A stretch of 63,998 nucleotides of DNA, counting the filler, from Dicyema japonicum (Eukaryota; Animalia; Dicyemida), in assembly GCA_011109175.1 (NCBI GenBank). It is 10 parts of 10 records of this genome, joined end to end, with 100 filler letters (N's around TTAATTAATTAA, not from the genome) between each part and the next. Parts side by side here need not be neighbours in the genome. Positions count along the whole stretch, not along the records: positions 36,543 to 43,914 come from RDEW01000024.1; positions 44,015 to 45,400 come from RDEW01000299.1; positions 45,501 to 60,033 come from RDEW01000012.1; 7 more parts are not named here. One strand, written 5' to 3'. This document shows, piece after piece, positions 38,558 through 51,834 of this stretch. A program made the position numbers and the translations under genes. The notes beneath the pieces are model-generated. The model saw nothing but the letters and a program-made list of their open reading frames with translations. It did no database searches and was not told the DNA's origin. The stretch's first letter is position 1. Every line of letters begins with the position of its first letter.

Positions 38558-40150
38558 TGTCGCGAGCTCTACTTGCAACCATGCGCTACCTGCAATATCG
38601 ATTTTTTGAATTTTTTAGAATCTACAAAAATTGTTCTTTTGGATTAAAATTCTAATTTTTAGTAAGATAAAATATTAATTTTATTGTATAAAAATAAAAT
38701 TAAATTAAATAATAATTTGAATTATTATGTCACGCTTGTTTGTTAAGACATCTGTTGAATATGATAATCTCAAAATTATTCTGGAAGGAGGCTTACCTTC
38801 TGTTGTGCCTGCATATGCTATGTGCAGGATCCGAAAAAAGTCCAAGAGCTTCGTTCTTAAGGAAGGAAGAATGAATCTAAAAGACCCAGAAGGAAATAAA
38901 TTGGTTATTGTTTCGGACAACGTTGAGGAAATGAAGTTTGTCGCTACTCAAATTTATGATTTAACAAATTGTGGCCAAAACATCCTAGAAGCATATTGTA
39001 AATAACGATATTTTTTGTGAAAAGAGATGTTATTCGCGATATTTTTTCCCATTGTGATACATGTCTTTTGCCACAAGTCTTAAGGAATATGATGAAGAAA
39101 ATCATATAATAGCAACTCGGCCTAATGAGAGATTTCAAATAGATTCAATCGATCTTAAAGGTATCAATTTTTTATATTCTCTAAGTTTAGCGAGCATAAT
39201 AATGGTTATTCGTGGCTTTTAACGGCTATTGATATTTATTAAAAATATGCTGTTACAAAAAGCTTAAAGAAAAAAAGTGGTTTGGAAGTTGCTGACAACC
39301 TTGAGGATATATTCATGGATTATGGACTCTGTTTATATTTACAGTCGAACAATGGCTCCGAGTTTAAAAACTCACATGTCACTGCAATTTGCAAGAAATA
39401 TAACATTATTCAAATTCATTCACGTACAAACAACCCACGTAGTCAAGATATACAATTGAATTATTTTTTTATAGGAGTTGTAGAAAGATTCAATCAGACA
39501 ATGACTCGAACTTTGTCGAAGATGTTGTTTGATGATCCAAATAAATGTTGGAAAAAACAGATTAAAAAAACTGTCCAATTTTATAATCTTAGTTATCATA
39601 GTTCAACAGTTTGTATGGCCTTATATATAAATTAGGTGACAATCCGTTTCGTCGTTACAGAGGCATCAAAGGATTTAATCCAGTTCTCCCTAATGTAGGC
39701 TACATTGAAAAAAATGATGAAGCAGTTGTGAATGGTTTGAAAGTTAAGCGAAAATTTAAAAACTCAAATTGAAACAGAGATTCGTTAATTCAAGTGGAGA
39801 GGCAGGTTATCAATTTTTTTATTATTTCATAGAATTTGACTTTATGCATTGTCCATTAGATTTTAATTCCTTTTATTTCAAAAGAATGAACAGAAAAATG
39901 GGTGTTCATTGCTCAAAATTCTCATTCAAGAAAGGAGATGAGGTTAGTTAATTACATTGACAACGTAGGTATGCGTAAAAAAAGACCATGGGACAATTTC
40001 CTAGCTAAAGTTAGGGAAATTTGAATTTCCCTACAGTGAAAAAGTAAACTCGTAGATATATTGTCTAACAAGCGAATGACACTTCAATCAAATGAGGGAC
40101 ATACCGAGATCGTCCACATGAGTCGCGTTAAAAAGCTTAAAAAGAAGTGA
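38558..40150 (+). mobile_element. Ginger/GIN-like integrase transposon with several micro-introns
   Basis: Starts TGTCGC at the point where the LINE RT breaks; 'PNERFQID', 'LQSNNGSEFKN', 'PRSQ-G-VVERFNQT'; intron-like inserts at 39161-39185, 39448-39474 and 39613-39635. Confidence 0.8.
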
Positions 40151-40199
40151 CTTAAGTTCTCTTAAGGGTCTACCCTCAGTAGTTATGCTCGAAGGTCTT

Positions 40200-40860
40200 C
40201 CGACTGGATTAAAACCAATTATTTGGAAGAATACCTTGGAACGATATTGGGGAAAAATTTACGGTTGAAAGATTTGAAAAACAGGGCATCAGACTATCGT
40301 TTTTGCAAAAATGTTGAACGATGCCTTGTTTGTTCTGGGACACATAGAAGATCGCAGTGTCCGGTTACAAACAATAATAAGTCCTTTGAATTGTGTTCAT
40401 CCATCGACTTTGCCAATTATGGAAGATGTCCCAAAGCTGTTGAAGCTAACATTGCGAAGAAAAACAAAATTGACCAAAAATGGAAAGAATCAATGGAAAA
40501 TTATTTCTAAAACGAGAAAATGCCCATAATGGAGAAAGTGAAGTTTCAAAAATTGGAACGAATAAGAGATTAAAGTCAGAGTTTAGAATGTATGGCATCT
40601 GGCTGGAATAGGACATATAATAAGAAACCTTCTAAAAAAATAGTAGAAGTTTCAACACATAGAAGAGAGTGGTGCTCTTAAGAAGAGAGGGCAGCCACCG
40701 AAAAAACCAGAAGTAGTCAGGATAACCCTGGTTAATGCCCGTTCTCTTCGGAAACGGGCCAATATGCTGGTTGCTATAGCCAGCACGATCCAGATGGAAG
40801 TTCTAATTATAAATGAAACTAAATTGAAGCACATGGATTGGATTTAGCATCTGAAATTGA
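40200..40860 (+). mobile_element. LINE ORF1 (gag-like CCHC knuckles) plus APE start
   Basis: 'YRFCKNVERCLVCSGTHRRSQC'; 'LVNARSL..LIINETKL'. Confidence 0.65.
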
Positions 40861-41639
40861 TAACGAATACGATTGAAAAACAAGAAGAATCGGTGATTTA
40901 TTACATTGCTTGTGGACACTCATTGTAATTGGAGCTCTTTACGGAGAAGAGATATACGGTGTCTCATGAGAGTGCCCCGATATAGACGACTCCAAATCTT
41001 GGCTTTCCTTTCTTACCTTGTTTAGTTAGTCGGGGTTTCGCGAATAAATTATGTTATCTGTTATCTATCTGTATCACTAGTTTGGTCAAATTATATATAT
41101 TAATTTGATAAATTAAATCAAAAGAAATTTTTTTTTGATTTTTTTTCTAAGTCCACTAGTGTAACGCGTAGCGCCTGTGACATACTAAATAGCCACTGGT
41201 CTCCTACAAGTTAGTGATGCCCAGTTACTTAACAAACTATCAATTACAGAATTTATTTAAATTTGTAGTAATTCAAAGAAGTTTACGTTTATGATGAAAA
41301 ATGCCGCATCAACAGGAAAGTCTAATGTCACTCAAGTTAATTCTAATTTAAACTCTAGAGACACAATGGAAAGAAGAATTGAAGAGATGTAAGAGTAATT
41401 CAAAAAAGTTTACGTTTATGATGAAAAATGCCGCATGAACAGGAAAGTCTAATGTAACTCAAGTTAATTCTAACTTAAGCTCTAGAGACACAATGGAAAG
41501 AAGAATTGAAGAGATGTAAGAGAATCCAAAGCACTTCGGGATAGACTGTTATCAGAAACGATCTCCATTATGGTCTTGAGGAAGAGTCATTACTTTCTTC
41601 AAAAGTGAGTTCGGAAAAACAATAAGATCAACCTTCGGA

Positions 41640-42300
41640 TTATGATCCTCTATCTCCTGTTGAACAAATTGGGATCTCCATTCGAACAAACATTGAAAAT
41701 ATTACAATTGTGAACATATACATTACCCCTACTAGCTCCTGACAAAGTTAACCTTCCTTGGGTGTGTTACATCAACACAAAAAATGTTGATATCTGACTA
41801 TTCAACGCATAACACCTGACCTTGTACAAAAGGCAGACTGTGGATGCCATAGGAAATCCTTAACGATAATCGGATGAACATAAGAACACTTTATAGAGCT
41901 TATGACCACACAACCTCACCTGATCTGAAATGTTGATATCTGACTACTTCAACGCATAACACCTGACCTTGTACAAAAGGCAGACTGTGGATGCCATAGG
42001 AAATCCTAAACGATAATCGGATGAACATAAGAACACTTTATAGAGCTTATGACCACACAACCTCACCTGATCTGTCCTTTGCTTCTCTTGCTAACTGGTT
42101 TTTGGTTTGTTACTTACAGAACGACCACAATCCTATTTCATTATGTTGGAATGAACCCTCATCTCTGAAAAAGACGAAACTCTAGGATTACAGAAACGCT
42201 AATTGGAAAGATTTTGCAACATATGTGGACATAAACTAAGTAGATTTTGACATAATATGCATCAACTGTCACTATAATACAATTTCCCATGTTACCAGAA
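41640..42300 (+). mobile_element. APE-domain remnant of the I/Jockey-like family
   Basis: 'ENITIVNIYI', 'PDLSFAS', 'DHNPI', 'DYRNANWKDF' match the 37 kb and 46-47 kb copies. Confidence 0.55.
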
Positions 42301-42339
42301 AATGTTAATCACCATAACTAGTTCAGAGAGCGCCTAAAT

Positions 42340-43440
42340 ATATTCCATATTCGTACTGAAACAACAATTTATGGTATACAGCCAGGTGACACAACACAGG
42401 TTACTTATACACAGTAAAGCTCAACTGCACCAATTACACAGGGGCATTAACCTCAGGAATTGCTTCCTGTGGATATTTACATCCCATAAATATGAAGAAT
42501 GGCATTTGCTTCTTGTCTCGTGTATCGAATTGTTGTAATCAAAAACAATTTTTTTTAATGAAGAACATAGCTCCCAACTTCTACACTGGAATCGGATGTA
42601 AAGGAAATCCATTTTTCTTATTGATTGGTTATATCTAAATTTATAATTTCTTCTTTTACCTCTCTACTTGACCTTGTATCCATGGAACACGCGGTCTACC
42701 ATAGACATATTTGACCCGACGCTCCATTAACATGTCGGTCATCAATTTATTTTTAAAATCTTTTCCGTTATCCGTGTGTAATAATAACGGGGGGCCATGT
42801 GTATAAAAATTTTTTTGTAAAGTTTCAACTACTTCCTTTGAATTTTTGTAGTAGAGTTTCGACCAGACCAAATTTCCTGAATCAATCAACGATTGTCGAA
42901 AACTACAGAAACTTAATGNGGTTACCAATTTATTTTTAAAATCTTTTCCGTTATCCGTGTGTAATAATAACGGGGGGCCATGTGTATAAAAATTTTTTTG
43001 TAAAGTTTCAACTACTTCCTTTGAATTTTTGTAGTAGAGTTTCGATCAGACCAAATTTCCTGAATCAATCAACGACTGTCGAAAGCTACAGAAACATAAT
43101 GAGAAAAAATACCCATGAACAACCCAAGTTTTTGTCAGAACAACGTCGCAAATCGATCAGATCGGCTATATATCTGTCGCGTATTTTGCCACAATTGGCG
43201 TTATCGGAGGTTTTGTTTTCAAAAGCCTCTTAGACGTAATTTATAATTTGTTTCCTACAAATGAGCAATTATAAATATACGTAGATATATGGTACATCGT
43301 TTTCAAACGTAAAACTACTGGCAAGTCTTTTATTACGCCTCTTTCGGATATTGTCAGAACTGAAGGGAAAAAGTAAAATTCTTTAAATCCCTTAATTATT
43401 TTCAGATCGTGAAGAAACAATCGAACAACAAATACCATCA
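42340..43440 (-). mobile_element. Ginger/GIN-like integrase with micro-introns
   Basis: 'DLIDLRR..SW|L..VVD', 'LLHTDNGKDFKN', 'GRPRVPWIQGQVE-R-YNQS'; GT-AG introns at 43086-43112 and 42635-42659. Confidence 0.78.
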
Positions 43441-43759
43441 GTCGCGTGCTAATAAAAGCGTGCTAAATAATTTTTAATTAATTTAAATTATTTATTATTA
43501 AGAAACAATTTATATATTAAAAACTAAATATTTTGATACTGTACCCATTCTTCAACTTTATTTTTTCCAAAAATTAAAAAAAAAGTGATTATTTTAAAAT
43601 AAAAAATATATATTTGTAATCCTTATCCAATAAAGAACAAAAATATATAATTATTTTTTTAAATCATTATCGACCCCCGGCGATGTGTTTCAAGAAAGTC
43701 CAAACATTTCCGGCGAAAACCCTCAGCCCACTGTGGAGATAAGAAATTTACTGCTCTCC

Positions 43760-43914
43760 AAAAAACATCAACGGAATTAAAGGAAAGGTCAGGGAACTCC
43801 GGTCAATCCTGGCAAATCAGAAGATCGACGTGGCCATGATTCAAGAAACTAAACTCCGCATGCATGATTCCACTCCTTCATTCCCTGGATTCGAGGCAAT
43901 CAGGATGGACCGTA
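43760..43914 (+). mobile_element. APE endonuclease N-terminus (cut by gap)
   Basis: 'NINGIKGKVRELRSILANQKIDVAMIQETKL'. Confidence 0.75.
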
Positions 43915-44014
43915 NNNNNNNNNNNNNNNNNNNNNNNNNNNNNNNNNNNNNNNNNNNNTTAATTAATTAANNNNNNNNNNNNNNNNNNNNNNNNNNNNNN
44001 NNNNNNNNNNNNNN

Positions 44015-44195
44015 TTTAAACGGATACCTGAGTGTTGAGAGAGCGATAAAAAATCGAAAGTGAGAAAAAACAGAAATTTCATAAACACTAATGTTAAAAG
44101 GTTCGCTTCGAAAAGTTGCGAGCCTGGTTGAGGCAGAAGCTCGAAATGATGGTGATCAGTGGGAACGCCTTTGCAGTCGTGGCCTCTTAACTAGA
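44015..44195 (+). mobile_element. CRE-clade 3' end
   Basis: 'WLRQKLEMMVISGNAFAVVAS*' aligns with 'WLFERISLAILRGN'. Confidence 0.55.
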
Positions 44196-44999
44196 AATCT
44201 TTACATGATTTAATGTTTCTTTTTTCAAAAATTAAAAATTTTTAAGTGTTATATTTTGTGGTTTAAAAATGCTATAATGCTATTTTGAAGTGTTATACTT
44301 CAAAATTTAACTTGTATAAAAAATTTCCCTACTAATCACGCTTTTCGTTCGTGACATAATAAAATCGATTTCTCATTCCTTTTTCAGAAATTTAAAATAG
44401 CTTTTTTTATCGTGGATTGACTTTATGGAATCAACGGCTTTATAATAGTAACCATATTGAATGATAGTTTTATTCTCATTAAGGCTGAAAATATTGAGAT
44501 CAAGAAATCAGACTGAATTTACGAAGGATTTTTAGAAATTTTTAAAATGGATTTAAAAAATAAGTTATAGTTTGTTAATCAGACATTTTTGGGTGTCCAG
44601 GCCAACTTCGAAGTGTTCCTCGAAATAGGCGTTACTCAGCTTTCTTCTCATTGTCGTTCGCAATTCTCACTTTATCTCAGTCCATTTAGAATTCTCTCCG
44701 CTATTTTCTTAATCGTTACAGTCAGTATATAGGTTTTCACATGATACCAGAAATTCCAGCATAGATTCTCAAGTCGACCCAGAAATTCCAGCATAGAAGA
44801 AATTTCCTCAGCAAGAGTAGAAAATTTATTTATTAACCCCGAAATCACGAAAAAGAGGATAAAAGTTATCGTCTAACTAAGTGATCCCGGTGTCCACATC
44901 AGTCCTTTTCCTGCGGTTAGTTTTGGAGTCCTGGATTAATCTCCACAGCGGGGAAAGTTTCTTCTCATATCGTGGGCAGGCGTCCCTATATAGTCTGAT

Positions 45000-47050
45000 G
45001 TGCGGTCCGAGGGGATTCTTCCATATTGACGGAATCTTGTTCTCGTTTATTGAGAGGTTGAAAATTTGTGTTATTGCGGCCGTCGCTGAAGAACCCAGGT
45101 GTTACAGTTCGAGAATGGAGATGTCATCTGAACCGCGGGACGACGAGTTATTCATTTTCCTGATTACTGAGTGCACCATTGAAGGCCCGAAGAAAGTCAT
45201 GTTGAAACATTTATTCCTTCGACCATTGCCAGAACGAACATCCAAGTCTTTTGAATATGGTTTATGACTAATGAGTACTTCATAATGTCGTTGGGATTTG
45301 GATGTGGCGCTCGATGTCCAATTAAATGTGGAGAGCACTTGAGCCTCCTTATCGATTTCCATAATACAGTGGGGGAAGTATTGTTCGTAGCTTTTCTGAG
45401 NNNNNNNNNNNNNNNNNNNNNNNNNNNNNNNNNNNNNNNNNNNNTTAATTAATTAANNNNNNNNNNNNNNNNNNNNNNNNNNNNNNNNNNNNNNNNNNNN
45501 CCGTCTGGGCCACATGAGTTTGTTTTTTTCTGATTTGATATTGCTTTGGATACATCTTTAGGGAGAAAATAAATCAGAGTGCAAATTTGGATGGCTTTCT
45601 CTTTATTTTCGTTTGTGTGTTAATCTTTTGATAATGAATGTGACAGAATCGAATACAATGTTTCATATATTTATTCAGATTGAGCTGGCATGGTTCTTTG
45701 TTATCTTTGTATTCTATGTTCTTCAGATGCCTCAACATCTTCCACATGTTGGAAATTGAGGTCTGATTATTCATGGCAACAGAGATTCGCATGAGTTTCT
45801 TCCCTTGAGTGTTGTTTGTGCTTTTCGTGATAAGAATGTTTAGTGACCTGAATCGATTAATAACCTTTCGTGAACGATGTATCATTCTCTTAAGGTTGTT
45901 TCTTCCCATAATTATGTTCTTTGTTTTTGAGTCGTATTTCAATTTTTCGTTTTTTATATATGCTTTTCTGATAAAAATATTTCTCGTGTCAATGATTGTT
46001 TTGTTGAAATAGTATACAGCTTTGTCTATAGAGGAGAAATTTTCAGGTTGGAAATGTTGCAGTTTTGAATCAACAAAATTTGTAAAGCCAGTCCAATTTG
46101 CATTTTTGTAATCATAGAAATAAATAGGCTTCGGGCAAAGCTTGACTCGCAGTTCAGCTTCACTAACATTGATTGATGGTCGCTCCGAGGTCATAACGGA
46201 CCGTCCAATTAATGATCGGGGAAAGATGAGGAGAGCAGGCAAATAAGTCCGGAGATGTCACCATGTCCTTCGTGTTGTATGGTATCCTAGTGTTCTTTTT
46301 CGGGTTGTTGATGATTATTAAGTTTTGCATTTGGGATAATAGCAGGTTTCCTCTGTTATCATCCAATTAATGATCGGGGAAAGATGAGGTGAGCAGGCAA
46401 ATAAGTCCGGAGATGTCACCATGTCCTTCGTGTTGTATGGTATCCTAGTGTTCTTTTTCGGGTTGTTGATGATTATTAAGTTTTGCATTTGGGATAATAG
46501 CAGGTTTCCTCTGTTATCAGTGGATTGGTAGCGGAACCAAAAAGGGTGCTTTGCATTCAGATCTCCACATAAAAGTAAGTTCTCCAGTTTGTCCTAGGTA
46601 AATAGGTCAAAGAAGAGATTTTTCTTGCACGAGCCAGGAGGAGGAACATAAACATTTGCAATTTCAATTTTTCCAATGGAAGTTATAACATAGATTCCAA
46701 TTATCTCCGTGTTCGAGTTTTCTATTAAGCTCTTGTAAAAAGAAGGGTTCTCGAGGTATTTTTTTTCTCACAACAGTCAGTAGTAGAGAGCAAAAGTTNT
46801 CGCATTCAGATCTCCACATAAAAGCAAGTTCTCCAGTTTGTCCAAGGTAGATAGGTCAAAGAAGAGATTTTTCTTGCAGGAGCCAGGAGGAGTAACATAA
46901 ACATTTGCAATTTCAATTTTTCCAATGGAAGTTATAACATAGATTCCAATTATCTCTGTGTTCGAGTCTTCTATTAAGCTCGTGTAAAGAGGAGGGTTCT
47001 CGAGGTATTTTTTTTTCTCACAACAGTCAGTAGTAGAGAGCAAATGGTTC
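45000..47050 (-). mobile_element. I/Jockey-like LINE (APE and RT start), spans a gap
   Basis: 'IANVYV..LLLCGDLNA', 'TSPDLFACS', 'YDYKNANWTGF', 'ITQIFNLSINENKIPSIWK'. Confidence 0.75.
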
Positions 47051-47929
47051 TTTTTAGATATAGTTTAGGAATATATCCGATGCCACCAGAAACGGTGAAC
47101 CATATGACGCACGCTGAAATTCAAATATAAAAAGTTATTACATATTTGGAAATTAAAAAAGAATTTGAAAGTAAAAATATACACCTCGGGTCGTATTACC
47201 AATACTGACACACAACTCTGGAACCTGGGGACTTCAAAATATAAAACCCACAGTATATCAACTACCACACGCTTTTCCTATACAGGATCGCAAGGTCGGC
47301 GCCTCTAACAGCTATCTCCTATTTTTCAATCACCTGGGCATTCGATACTAATACTCAAGATTAATGGTTGCGCATTCTCTGCTTTGCAACTTTTGTCCAA
47401 GCTAAGATGGGAACCTCAAATAAATCATCAGAATAAATGCCTCTGAATGCGAAACTTTTAACTAAGTTGAGTGCACTGGGAAGTCTTTCAATCGCTGACT
47501 ATTCTCTTTCATCATTCAGGATCAAGAAAAACAAGTAGGATCTACACAAACAAATAATTAAGAAGGTCATGTTCGGGGACAATCCACATCCACAATAACC
47601 TTCAAATAACTCATGATCGAATGCAAGACTGGATCCTACAAGGCGACCCATTTTGGCTCCCTACTCATTGTCTTCGGCATCGACCATGCAGCATCAGCAA
47701 TCATAACATAGAGGAAAAAAACTGTGATTATTAAAATTTCAATAAATTAATTTTATTATTACCAAAGTGATAAAACATGATAAATTAATATTTAATGCAT
47801 TTTTGTGGAATTGTTTAATATAAAACACTCCGCATAAAGTTACAAAAACACATACCGTTTCAATAGAACGGAAATTCAAATCATCTCAAAGAATTTGTAA
47901 ATTCAATATATATTAACCGGTTCCTTAAC

Positions 47930-48910
47930 CAGGACGCCACCTGTGAAAATAGCCTTTCTCCATCAAACCTTGACATAATAATAACTAACCCATACTCTGC
48001 TTCCGAGTAGGATAAGACCCTAAAGATGAAGAAATAAATATGTCTCAGTAGACAGTTCAATTTTGAATCAATCGCAGTGGAAATTCAGGAATCATAGTAA
48101 GTATGTCGTTAATTCTGATAAACAGAATCGGATAGCTCATCGCGAAGAAGAAAATGATAAGAGAGAAAGAGCTGTCTCATTCAGCGTATTTCCGTAGAAT
48201 CGTCAGTGGAAATGCGTTTTCAATTATGAGAACAGCCAGTAGTTGTTAACTGATAGTTTTTGCATTAAACCGTTCTTATTTCAAAAAAAGATATGATAAA
48301 TTCAAGGTAATTAAACCCCAATATCGATTGTTACAATACATATAGAAAGTAACTTATTTCTCATTTTCGATATCCATGACATAAATGATCTTATTAAAAG
48401 ACCTTCTGTGCCTGAAGACATCACTTGTCTCGGCGACAACGTGCTGCAAGTTAGATCAAATGAGAAGCTGTTGTTTTGTGTTATTTAGAGTTCTCAAATG
48501 CTCGTGATGCCTCATCAGATTTTAACACGGAATAATTTTGACTACAAAAGGTATCTATGGATGCCCCAGGTCGGATCAGGTATTTAAAACAGAGAGAAAG
48601 GAAACACTATGATCCTGTCTGGGCGTTTCATACCACAACGATATCAGAAAAAAACTTGAAATGCAGAAAATGTGACTACTTAGGAGAGGAAACAAAAAAA
48701 GGGATTCTTAAAGAAGGATAATTAACGAAAATATTGTGAACGTAATTGGGATTCGGAAAATAAAAAACAAAAATAAAAAGAAAATTAATAGCCTTTAAAG
48801 AAGAGGAATATATTACATTGGTCTTACTTATCTTATTTCGACGTTTAATCTTAACAAAATCGATGACTCCGATGATTGCAAGTTTAGAACAGTGAGTATA
48901 ATTTCTATAA
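47930..48910 (+). repeat. Unclassified dispersed repeat, copy 1 (~1 kb)
   Basis: Collinear and clearly similar to 51835-52810 (e.g. agaccctaaagatgaa, tcggcgacaac, gactccgatgattg). Confidence 0.75.
48161..48292 (+). mobile_element. Short CRE 3' end inserted in the dispersed repeat
   Basis: 'LIQRISV..SGNAFSIMRTASSC*', A-rich tail, flanked by atgataa on both sides. Confidence 0.6.
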
Positions 48911-49599
48911 TTTTAAAAATTTTTGAATAATTATAATAAAAACTTCTAAATGTTCTGATTTTATTATTTCCAATAAACATTTGCCGTCAGATTTAGTTTT
49001 CACATAGCTATATAAAATATTTTTTTGGATTGCAATCTCCCAGAAAATTGGGTTCGAATTATTAGCGGAAAATTCTTTTACAATTTTTGAATAAATCTAA
49101 ATCTTACGGAGTAAATTCCACCAACTGTTATCCAACCAATGAAAATGTACAAATCAATGCATAATATTTCTCAGACATTCTCTTCTATAATTCTAGGCAA
49201 TCACGTTTTAATACTCTTTTTGTAGAAAATAGAGGTTCCTGTAAGCTATGGCACAGAGAGGCCATGAAAATAACAATCGAATTATAACCCGGAATATAAT
49301 TCCAGGTTTTTTCATCTTCGTTTCATTAATAATTTATACATCCATCTCAATAGCGCTGGTAAGGGATACTAGCTCCGCAGCCCTCTTTCTAAGAGTCGGG
49401 AAATTACCAGGGTAATCCTGGTTATTTCTGATTTATTTGGTGGCTGTCATATATTCTTAGGAGCGTTACCAGTCAAAGTAAAAACTTGGCAAACTTTTTC
49501 GTTCTTGTCATCTTTTTAATATTTTTAGATAATTCTTAAACAATATTATGAAAACGTTTTTCTTCCAGAATATTTCTGTCTACCGTGGTCTCTATCTGT

Positions 49600-51450
49600 C
49601 CATTTGGATCTTTTAAATTCGCTGATTAACTTACTGATGTTTGGGATCCACTGTCAACAGAGGACACTGGTGATCTATCCGTCTGCATTCTAATATCCGA
49701 AATCATATTTTTGTCGTGATCGTATTCCATCCTGTTTGAGATGGTTTGGCCAAATCTTATTGTCTCCGATCTTCCTGGCAACATTTCTTCCTTTATTAAC
49801 ACTTTCATTGCTAGGTTTACTTTGTGATGAGAATTTATTTATCTTGAGTTTATTAGCTGCTTACACAAGAGCAACCTCAGTAGTTAGCCATGTTGTTATT
49901 TGATCCACAATATATGAAATTTTTACCGTTCATAATGTCACGTTGACTATCCGATTTTCTGAAATTTCCTGAGCAAAACAAACATCTTTCTATGTTTTTG
50001 CAGAAACGCGCAATATGAGAATTGGATTTCAGGTTTTTTAAACCATTCAGCTGAGACTTGTGCGAAACCAGTTTTAAAAACAAGTCTATTAAAGACTAAG
50101 TTTTTTCACGGATTTCTATTATTAGTTTTGCCATAGGAAATCTTTCGCCACGTTTTCAAATCTTTTGATAGAAAACTCTGAAGATATAATAGTAGTAAGG
50201 TATTCATTAAACTTTTCAAGTTCTACCCACGTTAATAAATTTTTTAAATAATTTTTGAGGGTGGCTCAAGACAGAGCCATGTTGAACTATTCTCTTCAAT
50301 ATGATATCTTTTGACATATTTGCCCAATACGTACTCGGGAAGTCTGTCCTGTTAGGAAGTCCTTTATCCATAACAATAGTTATTTTTGGATATCAGCAGC
50401 TGCTAGCAAGTATAAAAAGGCTTCATCCCACACGATATCAAAAGCCTTGGAAAGATCCAAATGTAACAGGTTGATTTGTCTCTTGAATTCCATACCTTTC
50501 AATACTGCCAAATGCATCTGGTAGATGCAATCCGCCCAAAATTTAACCTGGTCTGAACCCACACTGTTATGCGAGGAGAAAACCACTCTCTTCTATGTGT
50601 TCGTTTAGCCTTTTGAAAATAATTCGCTCAACAATCTTGTAAATAGAGCAAACGAGGCTGATCTGCCTATAGCTGACAGGGTCCCTCCGCAACTTTCCCG
50701 GTTTCAAGATCATTCTGACTATGGTGGATTTCCAGCGTTTGGGGACATGGCCATAATATATGCTCGCGTTGAATAAATTATTTAATGCGAGCAACAAATC
50801 CTCTAGGTCTTCCTTGAACAACATCATGCTATTTTGGTCATGTCTAGGGGCGTTAGCTTTGCATGTTTTGATCAATCATGACGTCCTCTGTCGTAGTACT
50901 CATTTCAGTATCTTCCTAAATATAGAGAAACTTGTATTTTCAGTAATTATTCTTGTGTCGAAGTCCTCATTTCAGTATCTTCAAAAATATGGAGAAACCC
51001 AGTTATTATTCATAACTCCGTATCTTCTACGTCCTATATTTTTAAAGGGTTTCCTCCTCGGTAGATCCACCGCTACATACTTGGCTACTATCGCAGTTCA
51101 TTGGCAACGGTTTTAGCAGACGATGGAGTCATTGCAAAACGGAACCGGTCGACGGAAGTAGCTTCCTTAAAGACTCAGGCAAAATTGAGCATTCTACAAG
51201 ATTGGATCGTTGGCATTCGACTTACGATTTCTGCAACCAAGTCTATTTGTACCATTTTCACTTCGGATCGTCGTTCTAAGGAAGAATTGAGCATCTTTAT
51301 TGGTGCCACTCGGATTCCGGTCACAAGGTCCCCAACTGTTATTGGAGTCAAGTGACAGTCTACTCAATTTTTAACTCCCAAGCGAAAGACATGATTACCA
51401 GGGGCCTCCAGAAAATTAACGTATTACGCGCTCTTGTCCGGAGGACCCCG
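49600..51450. mobile_element. I/Jockey-like fragments: gag knuckle (minus), RT N-half (minus) and RT C-half (plus)
   Basis: 'FCKNIERCLFCSG' at 49.9-50.1 kb; 'SYRQISL', 'DLSKAFD', 'QHGSVLS' on minus at 50.26-50.88 kb; 'LADD..TIS ATKS' on plus at 51.1-51.4 kb. Confidence 0.72.
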
Positions 51451-51834
51451 AGGAATATGGACTTTTCTGTTTTATCTTCAACCAACTAACAATCTCGCCA
51501 GCCAGCCATAACTTCCATCGACAACATTATGATCTAACAATTAACTAAATTATACTTGGAGAATAATTTGAATGTAAAATGAATATAAAAATTAAAGCCA
51601 GTATTAACAAATTATACAAACATTCATTATATAAAACCAGCGTTACCACAATTATTAATATATTTTTGTTGCTTTTGAGTTCTTAAATTGGATGGACAAG
51701 TTAATCAATTCGAGTCATGGTCGAGTTGCTATTACATTAAATCTCTAATTAATTTCATATTATGTCTCCCGGTGTAATAAATAAATGGATTTGTTTTTCT
51801 ATCACATGAGTCTATTGTTTATACAAATCATTGG

